Origin: Hormiphora californensis
Lineage: Eukaryota > Animalia > Ctenophora
Assembly: GCA_020137815.1 (NCBI GenBank)
Contig: CM035356.1
Span: 3,348,001-3,412,000, forward strand
Reading direction: 5' to 3'
Length of the DNA stretch: 64,000 bases
Below are positions 54,434-64,000 of this stretch, in pieces. A model generated the notes under the pieces. That model searched no databases and was not told where the DNA came from. It saw only the letters and a list, made by a program, of their open reading frames with translations. Position numbers and translations under genes: made by a program. Positions within the stretch are counted from its first letter, which is position 1, and each line of letters opens with the position of its first letter.

Positions 54434-55070
54434 CTGGGTGTTCATTTTGGATCTTTACAAGCGTTGGGCTTCACCCAGAAAAAAGTTGACAAGATCAGGT
54501 CCTGAAACTTCATACTTGGACTATTCTATTCCCTCATTCAAGGTTCCTGGGGGTTTTGGAGCTCTAGCACCCCGGGAAGTGTGTTTTTGGCATCAGAACT
54601 ACCAGAAGGAATTTTTTGCTGGTGCTGAGACTTTGCTAAAATGTTTTTTGGGTATTTTCTATGTCAATCCTAAAGTTTCATAGAGATTGGATGTGTTTTT
54701 CGGACTCAAAATTTCGATAAAAGTGGCTGGAAAGGCTCGAAAACGGCTCAAAAACGGCTAAAATTGAGTCTTTCCAGCCACTTTTTACGAAATTTTGAGT
54801 CTGAAAAACACATCCAATCTCTATGAAACTTTAGGATTGACATATAAAATACCCAAAAAACATTTTAGCAAAGTCTCAGCACCAGCAAAAAATTCCTTCT
54901 GGTAGTTCTGATGCCAAAAACACACTTCCCGGGGTGCTAGAGCTCCAAAACCCCCAGGAACCTTGAATGAGGGTATAGAATAGTCCAAGTATGAAGTTTC
55001 AGGACCTGATCTTGTCAACTTTTTTCTGGGTGAAGCCCAACGCTTGTAAAGATCCAAAATGAACACCCTG
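54434..55070. mobile_element. Tc1/mariner-type fold-back MITE
   Basis: TA flanks; termini C(A/T)GGGTGTTCATTTTGGATC; ~300-bp near-identical inverted arms (mirror ORFs 54438-54683 and 54821-55066). Confidence 0.9.
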
Positions 55071-57933
55071 TACTAAAATTACTATGAGTTCATCCTTAAT
55101 TCAGGATTCTTATGCGCACTATCCAAATGTCGCCTCGATAGATTTCTCTCTCTCCATCTCCCTTTCCATCTCTCTCCCTCTCTCTTTGGGATCGGCCGTT
55201 GCAAAATTGGCCATTGTCCTGGGTACAATAGAAAAATATTGTACTCCACTTCCCACTCCTAGCGCTTGCTCTCCTCCTCTTTGATTCCATATAACCACTA
55301 CATGTGTTGCAGAACTACATGATACTGCACTCTCCATTTACTCGGGTGACCCACCCCTTACTCTCCCCCTCGGCCTCGGGTGACCCACCCCTTACTCTCG
55401 GCCTCTCTAGATCTGTATTTCGTCCTTGCATTCTTCCAACATACAATTCTGCATTCCGATCTATAGATCTTGTAATCTAGATCTTGCAATCTGTGCTTTC
55501 AGTATTACGAGGTGTTAATGAAGAGCTGCCCGGATTCGTCTCCAGGTCGTTTATGATACCCCTCAAGATGCACTGCACCAGATGTTACCTTGTTGAAAAA
55601 CTCACACCTCGATCTCGAGGCTGGGGAACTTTTTCCGTTTCTCACATGTTGTGCAATATACGGGTCCTTCTTGTGACGTGGGCAGTATTATTTAGCGGAC
55701 CTCCATCACTTGATTTATTTAACTTAATGTAACTTTGTAACTTTGCTGTAACCAGTTTTACTATTAAAATTTAAGAAATACGGCCCTTCTCGCAGTGTCG
55801 CATCTTAACATAAGTAGACAATTCTAGTACAATTAATGTAATGCTATGATTTACATGTTTACTCTCTAGTATTATATCCTAAAATTCTGAGAATTCTGAT
55901 AGAAACACAATGTTTGCCGTACCGCGTATTCGAGGTATCTGTTTCTCCACATTGCTGAACACATGGGAGTTACCAAGGGATTTCACTGGGTTTGATTAAT
56001 CTAGAAGGCAGATATATACCCACAGTACAATTCGAATTGGCTTATCTTTATATCAGGAGTATCTCTGATAGGAACAATGGCCATGTCTACATCAGCAGTA
56101 TAGAATATTCATGAGACACCTAGTTGTTGAATAAGGAGTTGCAGAGAGAGAGGAGGCCGAACAAGCTACAGTAGCTTCTTCGACCTTCTCTCTCTCCGTG
56201 CCCCTGTCAATGCTATGACCGATGTTCTCGAAAGAAATGAGAATAGGGCGCCCTATTGGCCGGCCAATTATGCCTTCACAATTCCGTGCCCCGATTTGAA
56301 CAAAACAAATGAGTCAGCTCTTTTTTCAGGATACATGCAGGCTTTTGCAGTCCATTATATCATATCCCCTGCAGATTGCAGTGCAGTGATTTCACTTTTC
56401 CAAAAGAGAGCTGAGTTTGCAGTGCAGCACTGTAATTAACAGCTGATGTCACTGGATTTGTGGCCTAAAAATAATTGCTTCCACTCTATACTGCACAGAT
56501 ATAAAATACATGATATAGTGGCCACGCAACCATATAGCACGGGTATCAGAGCTGCGGTTAGAAATACGAAACTGAGCTTTTCAGGAACTCTAATGGTAAT
56601 TGTTGTTGCTTGGATGTGGTTTATGATATGTTGTCTGGGGGAAGTAGGTCATAACCCATACATAAAGAGAGCGCTCTATGTGAACCAATTAGGTCACAGA
56701 TTAACATATTGCCACATCATAGTTGTGAGCTCTATCATATATAATAGTTAGATACCTAATTCCCTATGCGGCTGATTTGTTCTTTATACTTGTTCTTTAT
56801 AGTATATAGATTATGGACGCCATTATGGATGTTAAATAGTTGTGGCCCATTGTTTTCTCCTCCCCTTGGCCTCTTACCTTTCCAGCAACCTGCAGTCTAT
56901 TGTCTCAATTTGCCCTTCTCTTTCATTGAAATTATAGCGTGTGTGTGTTTTCCTCTCGTAGCATATCGAAATATAGCAAGGATTCGCCAAACCAAACCAA
57001 ACAAGAATTCGCTACTATTTCGACCCTCAAATCCATGCACCATACCTCATGAAACTTAGCTCTGTTCTCGAATCTCTCTAGAACTCTCTCTAGAAGTCTC
57101 TAAAGGCTCTATCATAGAACACTGGAGCCCCCTTTCCGATGCGAGTGAGTGTTTACACACACACACACTGACAGTAGTTTGATGTTGTATCCGATGTTGT
57201 TCACGGAGGGTGCCTAGTAGACAGTGTCTATTGCATAGTGGCTAGTTATATATGAGGCAATAAATTATAAAGTTGGTGTAGTACTACTTCGGTGTTGGTG
57301 TAGTCGGCTTCCAGGGTATACCACGTGGTGTACCCTGGAAGTCGACCAGGCTATTAGGCTAATGTGGCTATAAATGTGATTAAGGTGCGGCTATTATTAT
57401 AGTGGGGGGGACTAACCTAGTGTCGATATAATATTTCTTTGAATTGCATAGCTTGGAGCAGGGGGGTTTGTGGACTACTGACTAGTTATATTCAAAGAAC
57501 AAGGGAGTAGTTTATATCCTCGTCTATATCTTTCCTTGTAAGTTATGCAAAACACACACGAATACACACATGCCTCGTGTATATTGTTATTACCCTTTGT
57601 TTTTGAACAATAAAGGGGCACCGCTCCCTGGTCCCTCCTCCTTGTACCCTGAACCATGGTTTGAACTTGTACTCTCGGGTTTCTAAGACTTACTTAGAAT
57701 CTAAGTAGCCTCGAGGAATAGAGAGAGGCCTAGCTTTATCAGTAATATGCAGTTGGCTCAATACTTTGAATTTGGTTTAAGACATACTACATAGTATGCC
57801 AGACGAGTAAATTGTTTTTCAAGATTTGTTTCTACCCCTATATTTCACACGTCTACTACACCGCGGTTTAATTAATAATTCATTTAACTAATTGATGTTT
57901 ATCACGCTTCTAACTATGCTTCCCCCTACCAGC

Positions 57934-58897
57934 ATGCGATACCATGGATTGGGAGGGCAGTATTGCGGTATCGTACTGCTAGCTCTGATTGTTGCTGCTG
58001 CTGCTGTTGACCGAACTGGAGATGAGGTGTGGCGGATACGAGCCCGGTCTTCCCGAGATGTTGATCATGTCGTCAACCTTGCTTCTCTTTACGAGGTAGA
58101 TATCTAAATGTAGTTTTATTCCGGGGCCGGTTATTCGTCTGACGTTCTTGCAGACAGTCCCACCGGCGGTGGAAAGACCAGCGCCCTCTTAACGTGTGTC
58201 CGTTTTAATGAATTAGAGATAACCATATAGTAATTTTAAGGGTCTTATGACAATTTCTCATCTTATCATAATAATATCCCTCACAACTAGTTTCGGTAGA
58301 TCTCTATAATAGATTGCTGTCCAGTCAACACATGTATTATTAACCACCCCCCCCCCCCTAGATGGAGGAATGGGTTGAGGTGAACCAGCCTAGTGAGTAT
58401 GTGGATCTGATGGTGCGATCTGACGAGAAGGAGAGTGTCAGGAGAGCACTCAGGGATGCGGGTCTTCCCTTTTCAACCATGATCCAAGACGTAGAGGATA
58501 AGATCAAGAGGCACAGCAGGAAACGGAGGGACGCTGATGATGATGGAGGTAATTAGTTGAGTTTTTTAATTTATTATCATTTATTATTTCTTTTTTTTTG
58601 TTTCCTTCATTATCTTAGGTGGAATAATAGCTGGCACAATGAGCTAGACTATATTTATAGGGCTGTATAATTTCTACTATAAATATACTTTAAGTATCGG
58701 GTAAACTTGGAGACTCTCAAATGGACATTGAGACTCTCAAATGTACAATCATCGTGTATCGAAATGTGCTCTTTTGACTTTCCCCATTGTTTTGTATCCA
58801 TCCTCCTTCCTCTCATTGTACCCTTCACTCAATGTGTATCTTTTGTGTATAACACACATTCAAAGAGAGGGAGGGGAGAGAGGGAGGAGAGAGAGAA

Positions 58898-58960
<63 letters not shown>

Positions 58961-61452
58961 AATATTTCGACAGTGAGCTAATGCTCTGGTGTTGTTTGGG
59001 GACAAAGGACTTGAACAACACCGGCTATTGTACACACCTTGACACACATATGACGTTTTAGCCACAGATGTGCGACAAAATGAATCATTACGATAACTTT
59101 TGGGATCGATAAAACAAAGAAAATATTTTCATTCCTTTTTCCCCTCTAAGATTGGTAATCTAACCCACGACAATTTTCAGTTTTCAGTTATGAAAAATTC
59201 AATACTTTTGAATCGATAGAGGGGGAACTCAAGAGAATTGCAAAAGAGAGGAGTGACGTGGCCCGACTTGAAACTATCGGTAAGTAGCTCCATTTGTAAT
59301 ACTAGATTCTCTCCCCTCCCAGCTGCTCTAAACTGCTCTATCAATTTGTAATACCATGCAGTAACGTTCTCACACTCTCTCTCTCCCTTCCAATTTGTCT
59401 TTGTTTCTAAACGGCCTGCTCGTCACAGGGAAGACGTACGAGGGAAGGGATTTATACTTGTTGAGGGTAACTCACAACATGACCAAGAAGATAACGAAAC
59501 CTGTCATCCTACTGGATTCTGGAATCCATGCAAGGGAATGGGTCTCAGTTTCAACCAACATGTACATTATCAACCAGGTACGGGTTTGTAGGGTAATCCA
59601 CAATATATCCACACTGACTGGGGGAAATATTCGTGCCTGAATCTCAGGTATCAGGTCACGGCTATTCTTGGCTATTCCATGAAAAGTTCCCTGAAATCTC
59701 AGGGAATAGTCGTCACTAACCCCTGAGGGTAAATAGGCTTGAACTAAATCTGAGATCCAGGCACGACCCAATATATCCACAATCTACTTAGAAAACCTGA
59801 AAGCTCGATATCATTTAATCTATTTCATCTCTCCCCTTTCAGTTGATTGAAAACCCCTCTGGTGACGCCTATATCAACGCTTTCCTGGACTCCTATGACT
59901 TTGTGTTCTTCCCCGTGCTAAACCCTGACGGTTACTCTTACACGTGGACTAATGATAGGTTATGGAGGAAAAATAGGGCGCCAAATAAGGGCTCAGATTG
60001 TATTGGGGTGGATTTGAACCGGAACTGGGACTTTGAATGGGGTGGTGAGGGGACAAGTGATTACCCCTGTGCTATTGACTATAAGGGACCGGCGCCCTTT
60101 AGTGAGCTCGAGACTTCAGCGGTGAAGGAGTGGATTAACGCTCATAAGCAGAAAGTAGTGATGTATCTAAACTTCCACGCGTATGGACAACTGTGGATGA
60201 CACCTTATGGGTACAGCACTGCGAAACCGAGCAACGAACCCGAAATGGTGAGAAACTGGAAAGATAGAGAAGCGGAAATAATAATAATCAATATTTGCAT
60301 TTATCAGTTTAGTTTTCTAATTGAGCTTCATATCATATATCCATGATCATGTATCTATCATGATATTATCATCATTGATAATGTATTTTCTCAGATGCGA
60401 TACAGTAAACTCGCCGTGGATGCACTATCCGCCTTTAGAGGAACCACTTACGACTTTGGGCCCGTTTACACTACCATCTGTGAGTATAATAGATGGGGAA
60501 GAGACAGGGAGATCAGAGGTAGGGAGCTGGGAGAGATGTGAAGATCATAGAGAGAGGGAGAGAGGCAGAGAGGGAAAGATAAATTGTAACTTCGATTTGA
60601 ATAATGCAAGCAGCAGCATTCTTATCTTTACAATTTACATGATAAAAATTTGTGCAATGAAGATAAGATAATATTTTTCTCTCAAGCTTGATGAAATATT
60701 CATTTCAGACCCCTGCCAGCAGTATTAGCGTGGATTGGGTGAGGGGAGCAGAGAATATCTTGATAGCATATACCATTGAGCTGCCAGATAAGGGGTAAGT
60801 GCAGTGAATGATTATCGGGCTGACACCTCTGACCTCATGTCCCAGCGGCAAATAGCCGTTACCATGAAGTTCAGTAAGGACTATCTTCCCTTGTCAGATC
60901 GAATATCTTTATCTGATGACGTATGACACATAGTTCTGCACTATATGTGTTGTGCAGTAGTGAGCAACCTAGCTGGATATTCAAACCCAGTGACCCGTAG
61001 GATAAGATTTAATCTTAGTGCAGCTAGTGGAAAACAAACTCTTGTTTCGTCCAAACTACTAACACACGGGAATATTCTAGAAGTGACACACATCTAGAGG
61101 GTGGCCTGAAACATTTCCACACCAAATTGTCACTATATAATGGAAGAAAATAGTCGTGACTGAGCCTCAGGTTCAAGTCACGGTTACCTCTTTACATTCG
61201 CACATCATCCCCAAATCCCCAGTTAACCCACATCTCTCTACACCCGAATCCCCAGCTAACCCACATTTCTCTACCCCCAAATATAATCGCCAGCTAACCC
61301 ACACCTCCCCACCCAGACTGCACGGATTCATCACCCCTGAATCTGAGATAACTCCAATTGGTCAGGAGACGTGGCTGGGGCTACGTGAGCTGCTCCTCAC
61401 TCTGGGGGTGGAGAAGAACCTGCTGAGAACTGAGGAGATTGTCATTGTGTAA
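57934..61452 (+). CDS. M14A metallocarboxypeptidase (carboxypeptidase A/B family preproenzyme), apparent +1 frameshift in exon 7
   Basis: Exons 57934-58095, 58362-58548, 59181-59279, 59429-59577, 59843-60247, 60395-60479, 60709-60794, 61317-61452. Signal peptide, activation domain ending RKRR, GIHAREW, NPDGY, WRKNR, GVDLNRNW, FHAYGQ, YPASSISVDW, YTIELPD, GF..P..I. Confidence 0.93.
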
Positions 61453-61946
61453 TGTCTGGAACCATGATCTGAATCTAGCAAGGACAATATAATAAGGGGG
61501 TATATCAGATCAATAATTGTTCTTGCAGTACGATTCGATTTGAATCTGATTCGAATCCACACTTGTTGACCTTGATCAACAAACCCACACCAATTAGTGC
61601 TGTAAATACCGGTATTCGAGCTAGTAGATATGGGCCACACAGCTCCCTACTATGCTGTCTATACCGGTGTATGCAGCACGTTGGTGTTTTTAGTTGTGTT
61701 TTTTGTTTTTTCTGTTGTTCTCTCTTCTGTAAGTTATTAAATCGAAATTTAGCGATCCTTAGGGGAAAATATATTCAAAATGTTGTTGCGTAGAGTAAAA
61801 ATCCCAATTGTTCTATTTCACCAGCTGCAGTTATAATACTGCTGTCTTCTGACAGCTCTATCTCAGATCTCTTTTAGTTTTCACCGGACCCTAGCTTGTA
61901 CCGAGGCACTAGATAGAGAGGTCAGAAGATAGATTATAGTAGCCCT

Positions 61947-63289
61947 GCACGGCGTGCCTGGTGAAATTTTAACACGACCTAGCATGCAACGGGAAACCAC
62001 CACTTGTACGTGGTAGCTGAGGGTCTACAGAATGGCGCTACGGTGCGGGAAAAAAAAGTCCATGCCCTAAAATCGATTTTTTTACTTTTATTTGATTTGG
62101 GTCAAAATTGGCTATATTAAACGTGGTCCCGAAAAATCCATAATGACTTAGCACACGAAATATGTCACCCCCACCTATTTTTGCACGTAGAATCGATTGC
62201 CGTTGAAGTCGAATCTCTAAAATGACTGTAAAATGGTCAAAAGTTGATTTTTTACCATTTTTTGGAGGTTTTTGGCCCCTAAACCATTGAAAACGTTGAG
62301 ATAGGAATTTGAAACTAGTGCCAATCGTTAAAATGGTCATTTTTCTACCAAGAACCAAGTTTTCGTGTATATCCGATTTATGGTTAGATTTGGGCAAATT
62401 GTTGAAATCTGCCAACTAGGAGAACCGTAACTTGATTTTCTTGTTTTTTGGATTTTGGCATTTTTGACAAACTTCTGATTGAAATGGTCAATCGGGACCA
62501 TGCTTAAGTTGTTTATGGGACAATTTTCGACTAAAATCCAAGATTTTATATCAATCCAATAACAGATCGTTGATTTATAGAAAATTTAAGTAGGCAAAAC
62601 GGTGAAAATAAGCAAGAAAAGTTGTCATTTTGACCGTTTTGCCTACTTAAATTTTCTATAAATCAACGATCTGTTATTGGATTGATATAAAATCTTGGAT
62701 TTTAGTCGAAAATTGTCCCATAAACAACTTAAGCATGGTCCCGATTGACCATTTCAATCAGAAGTTTGTCAAAAATGCCAAAATCCAAAAAACAAGAAAA
62801 TCAAGTTACGGTTCTCCTAGTTGGCAGATTTCAACAATTTGCCCAAATCTAACCATAAATCGGATATACACGAAAACTTGGTTCTTGGTAGAAAAATGAC
62901 CATTTTAACGATTGGCACTAGTTTCAAATTCCTATCTCAACGTTTTCAATGGTTTAGGGGCCAAAAACCTCCAAAAAATGGTAAAAAATCAACTTTTGAC
63001 CATTTTACAGTCATTTTAGAGATTCGACTTCAACGGCAATCGATTCTACGTGCAAAAATAGGTGGGGGTGACATATTTCGTGTGCTAAGTCATTATGGAT
63101 TTTTCGGGACCACGTTTAATATAGCCAATTTTGACCCAAATCAAATAAAAGTAAAAAAATCGATTTTAGGGCATGGACTTTTTTTTCCCGCACCGTAGCG
63201 CCATTCTGTAGACCCTCAGCTACCACGTACAAGTGGTGGTTTCCCGTTGCATGCTAGGTCGTGTTAAAATTTCACCAGGCACGCCGTGC
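61947..63289. mobile_element. 1343-bp near-perfect palindrome: TA-flanked Tc1/mariner-like MITE (62041-63195) plus mirrored flanks
   Basis: Arms of ~657 bp with no net indel between them (mirror ORFs 62038-62415 and 62821-63198 are identical); loop ~62610-62626; TA|CGGTGCGGGAAAA..TTTTCCCGCACCG|TA. Confidence 0.9.
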
Positions 63290-64000
63290 CTGTCAGGCCA
63301 ATGCTCTGACCTCTGTTCTCGAGAATGAGACTGGGGTCAGGTCAATGCTCTGACAGTTATTATAGCTGCAGATATGATATTTTTCGAAAGAATGTTCACT
63401 GCAGTGCGGTAGTCCTTTCCGAATCGGGTATTTGTAAAATCTTTCTTCTTTCCTTAATGGGACAAAATTAATTGTTTGGAATGCGAATTAATTAAAAACA
63501 GTATCTTAAATTGGATTATATCTGTATCTTCTTTTTGTGTTCTATCCTGGGCTTTCTGCAGTCCTACAATTACCACCACGCACCTCACTAGAACTGTCTT
63601 CAGAAATAAATCTACTAATTATATCACGGCCACACGGTAAATTGTGTAGGGCGACCGTCGGTGAAATAAGAGGGGTGTGGTGAAGGGGGTTTTCAGGAGA
63701 TAACGACAAAGTTTTAGGTGGTTCGAATAGACTATAGACTCAGTACTAACATGGATCGCTCTCGACTCCTGCGAGCCAAGATATCTCTCTTATAAACACA
63801 ATACTTCGCTCTCATTGGTCGCCACGATGATCACGTGCCCTGCCTGGTGCAATGAATCATGAAGCGTGAAATAGAGGGGAACTATAGCACTATACCACCT
63901 GTGGCTGTAAATACACTTAGCCCGCCCTGGGACTTCCATCCAGTTACCACCCCTCTGTAACTAAGGGGAGGCAGACAGGGTGGCGGCTCCAGGGGGCACT

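Noticed and set aside
54438-55066. Pair of mirror 81-aa ORFs (likewise the 125-aa pair at 62038-63198)
   Set aside because: Arise from MITE inverted arms; non-ATG starts and no transposase motifs

Overview
Eukaryotic genomic DNA with spliceosomal GT-AG introns and very abundant (GA/CT)n tracts, MITEs and fold-back palindromes. The repeat families and the intronless orphan GPCR suggest a ctenophore-like animal; this is an inference from recall and was not verified. Genes reconstructed by hand: (1) two 5' exons of an unknown minus-strand gene at the left edge; (2) a 10-exon divergent septin (-, 12452-15222) with altered GTPase motifs; (3) an intronless class-A GPCR (+, 29806-30801); (4) a tentative small secreted Cys-rich protein (-); (5) a secreted tandem-PLAT protein (+, 3 exons); (6) a BTB-BACK protein (-, 2 exons); (7) a ~1394-aa low-complexity protein with SAXO/Mn-like repeats whose start codon appears split by an intron (+); (8) an 8-exon M14A metallocarboxypeptidase (+) with an apparent 1-bp frameshift. 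About 4.9-10.05 kb is degraded, homopolymer-inflated sequence, most likely an artefact. Non-autonomous elements of piggyBac, PIF/Harbinger, Tc1/mariner and Mutator type are present. The best novelty candidates are: two unrelated, TSD-less branched-palindrome elements sharing GA/GA-mismatch arm tips, some capped by cGNAg loops, as if built to fold as ssDNA (15.2-16.0 kb and 18.6-19.3 kb); an 8-bp-TSD element carrying a tRNA half and a RanBP2 zinc-finger remnant; the divergent septin; and the putative ciliary microtubule-inner-protein-like giant ORF.
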